A DNA stretch of 64,000 nt from the human T2T-CHM13v2.0 reference genome, Homo sapiens, in assembly GCF_009914755.1 (NCBI RefSeq), contig NC_060947.1; one strand, written 5' to 3'. The notes beneath the pieces are model-generated. The model did no database searches. It was not told where the DNA came from and saw only the letters and a program-made list of their open reading frames with translations. Both the position numbers and the translations under genes were made by a program. Shown piece after piece: positions 12,351 to 27,518 of this stretch; the first letter of the stretch is position 1, and every line of letters starts with the position of its first letter.

Positions 12351-13757
12351 AATAGGGACCATATGTAATTTCTTTTTTCTCCTCATTGCCACTCTTCTAT
12401 TTTGGCTCTGATTTAAACACATCAGCTTGGTGACCTTGGCAATGCACTCGTTTAGACTTCTTTACCTCTAAATTCCTTCCTAGCTCTGATATTCCGTGGT
12501 TATAAAAATGCTATTATTTACATGGTTTAAATACTTCACACTTTTTACTATATTTTAATGTGATTTTTAATGAAATGTTAATAGTACCGGCACACAGATA
12601 GTCAGAATTCTTATTCATTGTTTCATTAGCAGCACTATCATTCATCACAAAACAAGGTAATAATATCATTTTCATTTAAAAATCCTTTTCTATTTAAACC
12701 TTTTGAACTTTGCTGACTAGACTTTGCTGGACCTTTTAAGTTTGGGATCATTTTCTAAAACTTCAATGAATTTATATAAATGAAAAGTACATCAACAAAA
12801 ATATTCTTGTTTGTTTTCAAATATGTAATATGATAAAATTAAGAGCTGTATATTCAAGAATACTGCCTGTTTAACATTCTGATTTTCAAACGTTATACTT
12901 ATCTTAAAGTTATATAACTTTTACATAAAAAAGCAAGCATGTTTTATTGAAATCTGTGTATTTTTTAAAATATCCCACTCTCAAATACATGTTCATCATA
13001 CCATTAACTGGCATGCTACTATATATCATAAGCCATGAAAAGGCAGGCTTTGAAAAGCTTCACAGGTATAGCAGATATGCTGTTTTCCGAAACAGTAATA
13101 AGTGCTCATAATGGTCATATTTGTGGGACATGAAAGAACAAGAGTATGAAAGAAAGAAAAGATCAGTGTTGCACTTGTTTCAATAATAGAGTTGAGGAGA
13201 ACAAGTAAGTAGAAAGGAGGAATAAACAAATGAAGGCCAAAAGAATCAGAACATTCACAATATTTTATTTAAATTCGAAATATATTAGAGGGTAATGTCT
13301 TAATAGGACAATAAGATGACTGTCTTTGAAAGCTTTCCTGTCTTTCCAATAATGATATTGATGTCTATAAAGATGGTGGCTCCATAATAAAGGCAGAAAA
13401 ATATATTGAAAATAACATGGGTAAGGTTTCCAAAGCCTTGCTTTCAATATGTAAGATGTCCTTTCTTACAAACATTTCCAAATATATTTTTATTATTTAA
13501 AAAACAGATTAATTGTGCAAATGTTTAAAATGTGTGTGTGGTTACATCAGATTACCCTGGATTCCATTTGGCTACACTTCTCTTGGTTAGAGTCCATAAT
13601 GCATGATTGACACAACACAACTAACCATAAATAGGGAAGAAGACCTTCATAGATAAAGTCAAAGAAAATGTTGGTGTTTTTCACACACTATGTATTTATG
13701 GAAGTAGAATAACTGCATATTGGTAAACATCAGAGAACATTCTATTTTAGCAGAGAC

Positions 13758-13923
13758 CTGAGAAAGTTAGAGAGTAGCCATAAAATTTGCTAAGTTGTTT
13801 CACTGAAAAGCTAGAGAGTAGCTGAATAGTTCTCAATACACCCTCCAATTCATAACTTGTGAAGAAAGTAACTTCAAGGTTCATCATTACTTCATATAGT
13901 TCTAAATTTGCTTCATTAAATAA
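13758..13923 (-). pseudogene. Candidate pseudo-exon, coiled-coil-like
   Basis: Polypyrimidine acceptor ttttttgtccccttgtggaag|TTATTTAATGAAG; reads LFNEANLELYEVMMNLEV...; donor position uncertain. Confidence 0.4.
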
Positions 13924-14367
13924 CTTCCACAAGGGGACAAAAAAAATAAAAATGGCATTGAAAGTCACCAAGGAGTATCAGTTATATACAAACAAATTTT
14001 ATTTTCACTTGTTGACAGGAAACTTAAATAGATTTGTTTTGTGGCAATATTACAAGAAAGAAAATTTTACTCAGAATAAAGGCATATAATAAAACAAATC
14101 ATTTCTTCAAACACCTGTCCCTTTTGTGTGATTTTTGATATAAGATTAATAATTAAGTTTTCAACATAAATATCCAGTAATGATTTGATTCAGAATTGGA
14201 AATTGGAGAAATTATGAAGGTTTCTCTCAATTTTAAAAGCAGATTTAAAAGAAAAGCTGAAATATGGGCTCTGTGAAGAAAACACAGCTGGGAATAAGCT
14301 CCTTTAAAAAAAAAATCTACTAATACCTGTGGCATACATAAGTAAAGCTTAATGAAAATTATGGCAC

Positions 14368-14453
14368 TTAAAAATATTTCTGGATTGTTTCCAAAGCTGA
14401 ATCCACAATGCTTTTTCCAAGTGTTATACTTTCTTTGAATAATACTATGTCTC
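14368..14453 (-). pseudogene. Candidate pseudo-exon, amphipathic helix
   Basis: ctccaag|GAGACATAG; reads DIVLFKESITLGKSIVDSALETIQKYF*; donor weak. Confidence 0.35.
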
Positions 14454-15153
14454 CTTGGAGCAATATATAGTTGTGATGAATGGAAAAAAAAATCACTTCT
14501 CTCAATTCGAATTCTGTTTGATAAACTGCTCATTTAAATATTACTGTATCATTCACTTATTACCAACAATACGGCAGCAGAGGTTAAATTTATCAATTTT
14601 ATTCTATATTTAAAATAATGCCTCACTATCTCTTTACTTTGAAATAATTTTGATAGATAATTTTGAATTAAATATAGCAAAAAAGATTAGAAAAGTAAGT
14701 AACCAATGGTATTTTGCTAGGTAAAAACAGAAAACCAAAATTGTTATCCTGTTGCAAAAAAAATAGGATTTTATCAGTAACAACAGACATTTAGGTTTTT
14801 ATTTTTCATCCCTATAATTATTTTTAAAATACCTAGTGTTTGCCAAATATTATACTATCTATGCATGATACAAACATGAACAGGACAAAATTCTGGCATG
14901 GCAAGGGGTGAGTGGAAAACATCCATGTAAAAAGTCTAAAACAAGGCAATATTGCAATCAAAATAACTTCTGAGAGACAACTGACTATTTTGGAATACTG
15001 TAGAAATTATGTCAATATTCTGTACCATTTTGGAATATGTCATATTGAACTTTTAAAATGGAATATGGTCAGATTATATAGTAAGATAGAAAGCTCAAGG
15101 TATATATTAACACTTATATAATATTTTGGAACAATAATCCTGACAAAATTAAC

Positions 15154-15452
<299 letters not shown>

Positions 15453-15633
15453 CATTTTTTAAATATTTGGGTTGACCACACAATTTTGAAGTAGATTGGT
15501 TTTGTTTTTGTTCCATTAATCTTATTTTCTGATCATTTTCTCTTTTGCTATGGTGTACCTCTCTTTTCCCAGCCAAAGGTCCTTGGTTTGCTTTTTCTAT
15601 AGCATAATATCAAAGGCTGTTTTCAGAAAAGGG

Positions 15634-15982
15634 TATCATAGACTGAGTGCTTTTGTTCCTCCAAAATTTATATGTTGAAGTCGTAACCAGCTGTGTGGTG
15701 ATATTTGGAGATGGGGCCTTTAGGAGGTGGGGCCCTCATGATGGGATTGGTGACCTTACAAGAAGAAACACCAGAGGATTCTTTCCTCCTGCCCTGTGAG
15801 AATTTAGTAAGAAGATAACATTCTATGAGTAGAAAAAGAGTCCTCACAAGAAGCTGACCATTCTGGCACCCTGGCCTTGGACTTCCAGTCTCCAGAACTG
15901 TGAGAAAATAAAATTCTGTTGTTTAAAGTACACTGTGTAAGTCTATGGTATTTTGTTGTGGCAGCCCAACCAGACTAATACG
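15634..15982 (+). mobile_element. MLT1A-type MaLR solo LTR
   Basis: ccaaaatttatatgttgaagtc...ttggacttccagtctccagaactgtgagaaaataaa...gcagccc..gactaatac. Confidence 0.88.
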
Positions 15983-18884
15983 AATAGTGTGAAATTATTA
16001 CTCTACTCCCTTTCCCAGGGCATTAGAAATTAAGTCAGTGACTCTGACTGTGGAATGAAATATTTAATCCTTGTTAAAGGCATTCTAATAATGTTGAGGT
16101 CATGAAGATGAGTGCAATTTTTAAAATCCTACTGGGTTGGAAGGTGTCCTCTCCAATTAAGTGCATGCCCACCTCTATTTCTACTTCTCAATCAAAACAT
16201 GAACTCTTTTCATTCAAGCCTCATGTTTCAAGCATCATGGTTTAAGTCAACAACTCCCAAACATGAAAATGCTCATTTATCTTTAAAATGAATTTTTCCA
16301 GGAGTGAAATAACTTAAGATAGCTCTTGTTTGTTTTAGAAAAGTTTTGCCAATCCAGAATATTTTTTTAATATTTGTATGCAGGTTTTGCTACCAGATTC
16401 TTATTTAGTTGTTAAACTATACTTCTAACTCTGTAATATTACCTACATTAGGTAAAGGGACTAAAAGTGACTGTTGCTCAGACTACTTTCACTTAATGGT
16501 GATCAATTTTAATTCAATTCAGCTTAGTTCAATTGAACAAATGTCTATGAAACACATACTGTATGCTAAGTGGTACTTAAAATACAAAGATGCATATAAC
16601 TTTATGTCATGCTTCTCACGAGTTAGACGTTTCTGCTGAAACATCTACCTTCAGTAATCCTTGTGACTAGATGCACAGATTTGCAAAATATTTACAGTTT
16701 TAGGTACAATTTGTGTCTAAAATACAGTAATGCTAATTAGCCCAGCCAAAGATAGAACCTACAGACTTGGCTTCATTAATCACTGACTGCACACTCACCA
16801 AATATTTAGGTCAGGATTATTTGTTGATTTTTTTTTTTTTTCATTTTGTTCTTTTTGCTTCAGGAGACTTCAAAGAATGAGAGAGATTTTTTTTTCTTCT
16901 GTCCTGTGAAAGTAGGCAAGTTTAAATCTTGTGTGGTTGCTTCATGAGGTGCTTAATAGTGTATGTTCTTTAGCGCCCAAAACAGAAGTTTAAAGTGTCA
17001 AGAATATCCAGCGTTTGACTATAGGGTGGAGGCTAATCCAGGATGAAGGAAGAGAGGTTACTATTGAAAGTCAAGGGAGTTCAATTGGTTTGCCCTGAGG
17101 CAGTGAATAGTGAGGGAATATTTTAGTTGAAACTAGGGTAGGGATATGTATTTTGGGTTATCTGTGACAAGTTCCTCACAGATAACTTCACCTAGTAGAC
17201 TTGACAAAGTTTCCCATTTCCCAAAGAAACATGGAGGGAGGGTAAGCAAACGGTCTTTCAAAATGGACCAAAAGGACTTAAACAATGAGCATTTCAGTGG
17301 CTATCAAAGTGGAATGAAAGTCATAGGAACCTTATGGAAATTTTCTTGTCACTGTAAGACTCTAGCCGAGGGGGAGAGTCAAAATCATCACTGGTATTGG
17401 TCGTCTTTGTGCTCTAACAAGTTGGAGCATAGAAGATAGAATCTGATTTACGAAAATGTATAGAGGTGGGACATTTCTTGCATCCGAGGGTTGTGGGGGA
17501 AAAGTGTGTCCATTATAAACTATAAAATGAAAATCTGTGCATTTTCCACTCCAACTACATATACATAGGATTAAAATGAACCTTTTTGAAAGTACATCAA
17601 ATACAAGTATGAAGAATTCCACTAAAGTGCCTGAGAGCTCATCTGACCCATATCACATTGATTCCATGATATACCTGAGCAGCAATCACCCAAGAGAGAA
17701 TTTTAAGTGATGCAGATAGTTTTATCCATGAGGCTTTCATCAAATCTGTGTGACTCGAAACCAATGCATCATTTAAAAATACTTGTTTATTGTGGTCTAG
17801 ACAATAGGTTCACTGTAGAATACATCAAACAAAATGGTATTAAGGTGATGTGACAGCATAATTGTCAACTCTTGCCTCCATATTTCCCAACTCTCTTTTT
17901 CCCTGAAGAGTGAGCTTTGCATATCTTTTCAGAAAAAACAACAACATCAATAAATGGTCCTTGCTGACAAGAGAGTAATGAGGAAGTGATGGTCAATTAG
18001 ATTATTTGGGTTGTGCAATATCCATAACATTTTAATCTGTAATAAGGCAGCCCCTGCAGAGACAGGTATGTAGGTATATATACCTGTATATAGGGCCACA
18101 CTCCTTAAACTATGGAATAGTTGTCTGACACTCTGCCCCCATCCAACAGCTCTGCCTGGAATTTCCACCATCTATGTCATTTTGGACAGATAACAAATAT
18201 TAAGCAGAAAATCTGGAAGCTATTCAGATACATGAGCCTGTATGTTTTCTTGCAAGGTAGAAGACACCCTTCGTCTTCTTGTTCTACCTTCTTAATATGC
18301 ATGTAGTACCAAAAATAAAGGTCCTGAAAAACTTTCCACTAAAGGAGTATGAAAAGATTAAACAGAGGAGTAGACAACAATAAGAATAAGCTTCACAATT
18401 TGTCAGAGGATTTGTCTCACATGTCTTGAATAAGTCCTAAATATCTTATTTCAAAAAATGCCTAAGGATGATTACTTAAAATGGCCTCTTTCAAGACAAT
18501 ATAATATTTGGCAGCTTGTCCTATCTCTCCTGCCTCTTAGTGACTTGTAACAGTTTGTATGAATAATTTATAGACAGCATAAATACCTCTAATAAATGCA
18601 AAAAGGGAGCATATGCTGTGATATAAAGTCTTTGATACTGGTGATATGAGCTATTGAAAGTTGCCTGATAAAACAGGTTTTGTTGTTCATTCATACAATT
18701 CCATCAACAACAGTTTACAGAGAAGTGAATGCCTGATCTCTAATTGTTTTCTTTGTGGTATGGATTCATTTCATGCAAAGACGCTGGAAAATGCCTTTCT
18801 TAAAGGAGATATCTTCCAGAAATTCTGCTTTCATGATGTATTCATTAACGCACCAGAAGCAAGATTAAGAAGAAATAAAACGTA

Positions 18885-18918
18885 TGTGTGTGTGTGAGTG
18901 TGTGTGTGTGTGTGTGTG
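18885..18918. repeat. (TG)n microsatellite
   Basis: Directly visible. Confidence 0.95.
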
Positions 18919-19919
18919 TAAGGGGAATGTGTGGGTATGTGGGTGTTTTTCTTTATATATATATATATTTTTTTCTATTTTGAGAGTCCACTTTTTCTTT
19001 CATCTTTTAATGCTACTTCTGTGCGAAGATTGCATGGGAGCAGTCTGTGTTACTGCTGAGCATTTCTGAAGAGAGATTGAAAGAGCTGTTTTTCTATTGC
19101 TTTTTCACTTGGTAAAAGTGTGAATGCTTCATTAACACTTCTTAGGCTGTAAGTGAAATGTCCTTTTGAAAAATGATGAACAATCTGTGTCCCACAGCTC
19201 CCCACCTAATCGGGTTCAAAAAATCTCTCTGCACCCCCCGAGGGAACGATTTTACGTTTGCTGGTTTCTTTACCATAAAGCATTGGAGACAAATTCTGGT
19301 ATGAGAGTTTAAGGAGAGCACACTATTTTTTTTTCCTACCTCCTTCTAAGCTCAGGGGCAAAGACCTTTTCACTGGTACCCTGCTTCAGGTGTTGAGGTT
19401 AGCCTAACAGTGCCTGTTGCCAGAAGAAGATAGTTGCTCGAGTTTGTGCCTATTTTTCTATTATCTTATCTTAAGTCTTCCCTATGAAAGTATTAACATA
19501 AGGCTAAAAAGTCCAAGGGAAGCTTGTTAATGCTGATGTTATGAGCAATAAAACAATCTGGTTATAATTCAGAGGATGGGAGAGTGTGATTGTTATTTTC
19601 TACTTATGGCTCCCTAAACATAAATAGGGAAAAAAAGAATTGGAAAAGTAATGAGTTTCAGTATTATTACAGTACTCTGCTCTAACCTCAAGCTGGTGTT
19701 ATAATTGAGAACAGACTTCTATTATTAACCTGTATTTCAGAGGCTTATAACTCACTTATTAGTAAATACATACAGGAACAGAAACAGCCTATAATGTCAC
19801 ATTATATTATTCAATCTATACAAATTTCATTTGGTTTTATAAAGCAACTTACAGCATGGATTCTGATTTCATGCCTGGTTTTAAATTTTGGTTCTGTCTT
19901 TTACAAGCTTTGTCTATAC

Positions 19920-20078
19920 AGTAGTTACTTCTCTGAGCCTTACATTCCTTTTATGTAAAATGAAAATAAAGTCCACCTACCTCAAAGAGTTATTGAGAGA
20001 ATTAAATAAGTTATGTAATATACTTAGAAGAGGTTCCTACACATTGGCGATACCATGTGTGTGTTAGCTATTATTATT
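19920..20078 (+). mobile_element. MIR SINE
   Basis: gttacttctctgagcctta...tgtaaaatga...cctacctcaaagagttattgagagaattaaat. Confidence 0.8.
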
Positions 20079-20349
20079 GTCAGTATCTTCCAAAGTTGTT
20101 AGAGTAAAGAAGGGAGGAAAAATATCAGAAGTAGAGAGGATTTTTTCAAACTATGCAATCTTCATGATCATGATAAACCTGTCTAGGGAAGATAGTATAT
20201 CCAATTCAAATGTAAATCACTGCTGTTTTGGAGCATTATTACTATGTATAACCCTTGGGTGTGTTGGATTTGTAAGACAAGTCAACAGATACTGCTACAC
20301 AGAGTCATATATGTATAGCAACATACATATAATATCTGGGTCAGGTGCT

Positions 20350-20515
20350 TTACATACATTCTATTAAACTTCATGGCAACCCTGCAACCCTGAGAAGAAT
20401 GCATTGCTTTTCCTATTGTACACATAAGGAAACAGCAAAGGCAGAACAGGTGTGAATTTTCCAAGGTCACACAGTAAGTAGCACAACTGAGGTTTGAAAC
20501 CAGGTCTCTTTGTCT
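20350..20515 (-). mobile_element. MIR SINE
   Basis: ccaaggtcacacagtaagt...ggtttgaaaccaggtct. Confidence 0.75.
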
Positions 20516-21654
20516 CCAACTTTTTTTTTTAACCCCACCAACCTTCTGTAAAAATATAGACATATATTTTGAGCAACAAAGTACCACTGTAAGCATCTGT
20601 GAAATAAATGAACCACTGAACTATATCTGGAGTGTGACTTTAAAGAATGGAATATATTTTTGTTAATAAGGATTTCAGACCAAGCAAGAATTTCAGACAT
20701 AAAGGAAAAAGGAAAGCAGACTTTTTCAATAACTGCAGACATGATTCCCAATGACTGTCTTTGTATATACAGTGTGTGAAAAAGATTATTTTTCTGGCAT
20801 TAGTCTTTTCAGTCACACCTATACACACAGATGGGAGGACATCAAAATGTAAATAGAGACATATATTATAGCTAAAGATTAAACTGAAGCTGATATTTGT
20901 AGCAGAAAAGTAATTAGCAAGTGCACAAATCAGACTTTTTTACATTTTATATGAAGGATTAAATGTTTTGTGTATATGAAGAGTTATATTCTTAAGGCTT
21001 AAAAGAGACCTGTGCTTTGTTTGCAAATGTTACATTTTATTGATAAGCACTAAGGACTGACGTTGCAGGAGAACTCAAGTTTTAAGGCCTAAGAGAAAAA
21101 AGAAACAGACATAAATTTATAAATTAGTAAATCATTATTTTTTCTATAAAAACCACAAATATGTTCTCCAGCCACGATATGTATCTATGTTTTACTAGGT
21201 GGAAAACCTTGGCTTTATTCTACTAAACCGTTCCATATTACTGTATTTTTTTGTGGCATCAAGTAATAAAAATGGACTTTACTTAGTCTAGCAAATGTAA
21301 AAGAGAATTTAATGAAAGCATTTTGGGGGACATTTCAAAATGCTTGGGAAAATCCAAGGTAAAGGTAACCAACCAAGACTTTTTAAGAAGGTAGGAATCG
21401 GGGAAGCTCTGGAGACCAGCAGCAGAAGTCTTGAACTCGTTTGGGAGACAGAGGGCTCTGTGAATAATATGACTGAGTGGAGTGATCCACATTCTCTGTA
21501 CTTGTTAATGCAAAATTCCACATTCCCAGCTTTGGTTGGGTCCTAGCATTGTATATTTGAGAATTGTTCCTAGAGAAAGGGGTGAGGGAGATATTGTGAG
21601 GGGCCAGCTCTCTGCAAAAATGTCAGTTGCAAGCACTATTTCATTTAAAAATAC

Positions 21655-24200
21655 TATGTTGTCTTTTATTTTTCCAACATTATATTTTTAAAATTTTCAA
21701 ACACATCAAAATTTGAAAAAAATTGTACAAGAAACAATAGGTGTTTACCACCTAGTTTCCATAATTGCTAAGACTTTGCAATGTTCACTTTATCTATCAA
21801 CTTATACAGCAAACACATGCCACATTTATATTTTGCTGAGTCATTTAAAACTAAATTACAATAGTCATGACACTTCAATTCTAAATAATTTAGCAAGGAC
21901 ATTTTCCTAACTACATACAACACCATTATCACACATAAAGAAATTAGCAATTTCATGATATTATTTAATGCCGTGGTATTACTGAAATTTCCCCAACTGT
22001 CTTCTGTAATTCTACTTTTTAAATCAGAATCCAATATAAGTTCATATATGAATTTGTCATGTCATTTTATTCTATTTTCAATTTAGAATAGCCCCTCATC
22101 TTGCTTTTTATTATTACTATGACTGGGACACATTGAAAAGGCCAGGCCAGTTGCAGTATGTTCCTCATTCTGGATTCGTGTATGTGCCAGTTACCAGTTT
22201 ATTGACTTTCAAATCCAAATTCAACTTTAGTATCTGCTCTGAGATAATGGACTAGATAGCATTTTCTTTTACAATGAACCTGATTTTCAGCATTGTCAAT
22301 AGAGGATGCTGGAGGGATATGACAGGAGGAAGGTGGCTTCTCTCTTTTCAAGTGTGCTGCATTTTTGTTTTTGTTTTTTTTTATTATTATTATTACTACT
22401 CCTGCATGGTTGTTCAGAGATGTGAAGACATATTTGAAAACATCTGGTGGTTCCCTGCCCCATCCACATGCCCAGTGTGTACAGCTCCTCAGCAACTTCA
22501 CAGCCCTGCCTCAGGCCTGATGACCACTTTGTCACTGCCCTTTCTCTGAAGACATTGCACACTCTAGGCCTTAGACTCTCAGCAATGGCTTAACTCCCTC
22601 TGTGAGCCAGCCCACTAACCCCCATTCCCCTTCACCTGTGGAGTTATTTCCTTCTTTCCTATTGACTGTAGACCAACTTCTTCCTTCTCCACTAGCAGAA
22701 AGCTACAACTACAGCTTCCGCAACAAGGTCTCAATGCCAGGCCTGAGAAGGACACCCCCACTTCCAGGGATGCCCTGTTTTGGGTACTCTCCTTCAAATC
22801 TAGAGTATCTCTTAGAGATCTCCTTTTATCTTTAAAATGATTTTTCATTAATAGCTCAACAATTATTTACATTAAATTTACAATCTAGATTTACTGCATG
22901 GTTTCTGTCTTTTGAATGGGCCCAGACTAATACAATATGCTCAGTTATTTTTGGTCATGCGGTATTGTTTAATTTGTTTATCCCCAGGATTTCCTGAAAA
23001 TTGAGATGAAATGCTTTGTTAGATTTAAGTTAAACAGTTTTGGTGAGAATAATTTATACATGATGTGGTATACTCAGCATTTCATCATATAACAACACAG
23101 CCACACAACACTATTGTATCTTTATTAGTGATGCTTGTTTTTATTCCCTTGTTAAGGTAATGACTGCCAGTTGTCTCCACTGTTAAGATATACTTTTTAT
23201 TGACAATTAGCAAATAATCTGAGAGTTGACACTTTGGGATTATGTGAATATCCCATTCTCCCCAAATATTTTACTAATCATTTTAGTGTCTATTGATGAT
23301 TTTCATATGAGTTATTTCATTGAACATTGCAAAACGGTGATTTTTTCTAACTCTATTTTTTTTCTTCTTTAATAATTAGCTCTTCTGTGAAGAAGAGTGT
23401 TCCTTCATCACCCGGTGAAGAACTTTGGCAGAGTAAATGCATTTTCCCTTTCTTGATTTCAGAGTAATAAATTGACATCTAATAGTTACCTTCAATAGTG
23501 GCAAAATTATCTCTCTGTGTCATTGACTATCATTACAAAATTATGAATCTTTATTTAGTATTTTAAAGGCAAAAATGATAACTATTCTTTCTGATGCTTT
23601 CTTTTTTCAAATTTGGAGTCCTTTTAAGACAGTTTCTTGGTCATTTTGACTTGACACATTTAGTCTTTGAGTACATTCTTGGCTACTGCCATCATAAGAT
23701 GTTTTAGACTCTGGAATAATGTACTGTTACAAGCCCTCTTCTTTTGAGTGAGAAATAATATTTAGAAATATGCTAGGTGCTAGCTGAGCTCACTGCTAGT
23801 GGACCATCATCACTTGATTTTTGTTAGATCTTTCAGTGTATTTAAACGTTGTCCAGTGTTGGTTGTGAATAACCCTTGGCTTTGATTGTGGCTGTGGATG
23901 AAATTCAGCACCTACAGCCACCAGTAGCCTTAGCTCACCACCCACTGTCTCAATATCATGGGTAAAACCCAGGCTCTGACAGGCACTGTGGACCCTGGCC
24001 CAGATGTCCTGCTCCGATGCAGCAGATTGTGTGGTCTGACTTCTGGCTTGGGATCCCTAACCGTGTCTCCTGTCCCTAGGACACCCAGTTGCCCTGAGCC
24101 TGATGCCCATGCCTCTAGGACCTTAGAGATAAGCCACTTGGTTGTCCCCATCTTTCAAATAAAGCTTTTTGTGCAATTCAAATCCAAGCACTAATAATGA
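21655..24200 (-). mobile_element. Old L1 (L1MC-like) 3' region, interrupted by an LTR
   Basis: aaattttcaaacacatcaaaatttgaaaaaa...gcaaggacattttcct...caacaccattatcacac; resumes after 22934. Confidence 0.6.
22183..22934 (+). mobile_element. LTR33-like ERVL solo LTR
   Basis: Starts tgtgccagtta...tttattg...ccaaattca, contains gtcaatagaggatgctggaggga, ends ggtttctgtc...gactaataca. Confidence 0.7.
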
Positions 24201-24304
24201 CTTTATATTAATATTTCCAATTCAATTTGAACATTGGGGGCTTTTCTCTTAATTTACCTTAACAAAGCAAAAAAATGTGCACCACTAATAAAGATACAAT
24301 ATAG

Positions 24305-26925
24305 TGTTAATCCCATTCACAAGGCAGGAGCCCTCATGACTTAATCACCTTTTAAAAGCCCTATCTCTTAATATTGTTGCATTGAGAATTAAGTTTCAAC
24401 ATAAATTTTGGAAGGTAAAGAAATATTCAAACAATAGTATTCTGTCCCTGTGCCCCTACCCAAATGCATGTTTTTCTCATATACAAAGCATATTTTTTCC
24501 ATCTCAATAGCCTCAAGATTCTTAACTTGTTTTAACATCAACTTTAAAGTTTAAAATCCAAAGTCTCATCTAATTATTATCTATTCAGATACAAGTGAGA
24601 CTCACTGTGTCATTCATTCTAAGGAAAATTACTCTCCAGCTGTGAGCATGTGAAATCAAAGAGGTTATGTGCTTCTGAAATACAATTTCGAGACAAGCGT
24701 AGGACAGCCATTTCCATTCTAAAAGGAAGCAATAGGAACAAAGAAAGGAATAATAGGTTCCAAGTAAGTCCAAATCCTAGTAAGACAATTTCAAATCTAG
24801 ATGCTTGAAAATAATTCTGACTCCTAGCCTCACCTTCCAGATGCACTGTGGCAGTGGTTGTGTTCCCAGGGCTCCAGAGGACCCCACACCCATGGCTTTG
24901 CTCAGTGAGGCCTATGCAGCTCTCATGGCTTACTGCCCATGGCCTGTAATTCTCCCGGGCTGGAGTTGCATACCAGTGGATCTACAGTTCTATAGATCTT
25001 GGGGATGGTTCCTAAGCTGTGAGTCCACTAGGCATTGCCCCACTGAAGATTCTCTGTGATGGTCCGACTTTTGCAGCATTTCTCTGCCTGAGCCCCAAGG
25101 CTCTTGGAGGCATCCTTTGAAATTCAGGTGGAGTAGCCATGTCTCCACAGCTCTGTGCACCTTCAGATTTAGCAACACATGGGAGCTGCCATGGTTTATG
25201 GCTTGTGCCTTTTAGAGCAACAGACTGAGCTGTACATGGGCCCACTTTGGCCACAGTTGGGGTGGCTAAAAATCACTGCACTGGAATGCAGGGAGCAGAG
25301 ACTTGAGGCAGTGTTGAAGAGTGAGCCTCAAGGTTTCATGGTCACCCTGTGCATTTTTCATAAAACTGTTCTGCCCTCAGTGTCCTGGTACTCTCAGCCT
25401 GTGATGTGAATGATGGCACCAAAAATCTCCAGAATGCCTTCTGGGTCATTATTTGATATGGTTTGGCTGTGTCCCCACCCAAATCTCATCTTAAATTTTA
25501 GCTCCCATAATCCCCACTTATCAATGGAGGGACCCAGTAGGAAGTAATTGAATCATGGGGGTGGGTTTTTCCTATGCTGTTCTCGTGATAGTGTAAGTCT
25601 TACAAGATCTGATGGTTTTATAAAGGGCAGTTCCCCTGCACACACTATCTTGCCTGCCGCCATGTAAGATGTGCCTTTGTTCCTCCTTCACTTTCCACCA
25701 TGAATGTGAGGCCTCCCCAACCATGTGGAACTGTGACTCCATTAAACCTCTTTTTCTTTTTTAAATTACCCAGTCTTAGGTATGTCTTTATTAGTAACAT
25801 GAGAATGAACTAATACGTTCTTCCATTGTCTTGAGGAACAACACGTGACTTCCTTGTATTCGTATTTATCTCCTTATCAAATATTCACTTGGCCATACCC
25901 TTGGTATTGTCTCCCAGTTATATATTTTTATTTTATACTTTTTTACATGTCCAGGCTAAGAATTTTTTTAAATCTTTAAGTTCTGCTTTCCTTTTTATTG
26001 TAATTTCCATCTTTAATTTACTTCTCTCTTCTCATATTTTACTATAAACAGTCAAGAGAAGCCATTGTGGGACTGAACACTTTGCATAGAGATTTCTTCT
26101 GCCAAATATCTTAGTTTATCACTCTTAAATTCTGCCTTCCACAAAGCACTAGGACATGGACATACTTCAGCCAAGTTCTTTGCCACCTTGTAACAAGTAT
26201 GGCCTTCCTTCCAGTTTCTAATAAGATATTTCTCCCTTCCATGTAAGTCCTCATCAAAAGGGACTTTAGTGTCCATATTTCTGTCAGTATTCTGATCACG
26301 GTCACTTAGATAACCTCTAAGAAGACAGAGGCTCTTTCTACAACTTTCTTCTTCTGAGCCTTCACCAGAATTTACCTTAATGATCCATTCCTGCCATCTA
26401 GGGTTTTTTCAGCATGCACTTCAAAACTGTTCCAGCCTTTACCAATTACCCAGTTCTATAGATGTTTTCACGTTTACAGATATTTGTTACAGCAACATTC
26501 CACTTCTGGTCCCAATTTCTGTCTTAGTCTTCTTGTGTTGCTATAACAAAATACAGGAAACTGAGTAGGTTATAAACAAAAGAAATTTATTTTTCACATT
26601 TCAGGAGGCTACAAAGTCAAAAATCAAGGGGCTGGCAGGTTTGGTGTCTGGTGAGAACCCAGTCTCTGCTTTCAAGACAGAGCCTTGTTGTTGCATTCTC
26701 CAGAGGGTGCAAACTCTGTGTTCTCACTTGGAAAAAGGGAAGGAAGGGCAAAAGGGCAGAACACTGTGTAAAACTTTTATTTCATAAAGACCCGAACCTT
26801 ATTTACAAGGGTGAAGTTCTCATAATTGAATCACCTCCTAAAGGCTCCACCTCTTTATACTGTTCCGCTGTGGATTAAGTTTCCATATAAATTTTGGAGG
26901 GGGAGCAAATATTCAAACCATAGCA
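24305..26925 (-). mobile_element. MST-type MaLR element (partial 3' LTR 24305-24439, internal region, 5' LTR 26520-26925)
   Basis: Both LTR copies end attcaaac(a/c)atag(t/c)a; internal MaLR ORF remnant WKEGHTCYKVAKNLAEVCPCP. Confidence 0.85.
25454..25817 (+). mobile_element. THE1C/D-type solo LTR nested in MST internal region
   Basis: tgatatggtttggctgtgtccccacccaaatctcatctt...gaactaatac; TSD-like ttatt/ttctt. Confidence 0.92.
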
Positions 26926-26977
26926 TCTCTTAGTATATCTATGTATAGATGTATGAATATATATTTTAATTATTTAC

Positions 26978-27518
26978 AAATTAGTTACTTATTAACACAT
27001 AATAAATTACACCAAAACTTAGCAGCTTTAGGCAACAAACAGGGCATTTAGCTTTTATGGATCAGAAATTTAAGAGCAGCTTAGCTGGGCATTTGTGGTT
27101 CAGAATCTCTCATGAGGTTGCAAATTGTTGACTAGGGCTGTAGTCATTTGAAGGCTTAACTGGACACTGGAGCTAGAGTATATACCTCCAAGATGAGTCT
27201 CAGACCTCAGTTTCTCACTGGCTGCTGGCATAAAGCCTCATTTCCTTACCTAACTGACCTCTGCGTAATTATTCCTAAGCCATGACATGTTTTGCTTATG
27301 TACCCTTAGAGAGTGATCGAAGAGAAAAAACAATGAGGAGCCACAATGCCTTTTAAGACCAAGTCTCAGAAATGGCACTCTGTTCACATCCACCAAATTC
27401 TATTTATTAGAAGCAAGCCGCTAAATCCAGCCCACACTCATGGAGAAGGGAATTAAGCTTCATTTCTTGAAGAGAGGAATAGAAAAGTAATTATGACCAT
27501 GTTTTAAAAATACCACAT
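26978..27518 (-). mobile_element. MLT1 (G/H/J-type) LTR
   Basis: ccaaaacttagcagcttta...gcttagctgggc...tctcatgaggttgca...ccagcccacactca. Confidence 0.75.

Noticed and set aside
14153-14533. 126-aa minus-strand ORF as a real CDS
   Set aside because: AT-rich and runs through poly-T tracts; the more protein-like reading is in another frame.
23860-24190. GC-richer island with 73-78 aa ORFs
   Set aside because: Resembles the GC-rich part of old L1MC 3'UTRs (caggctctgaca); no protein motif.
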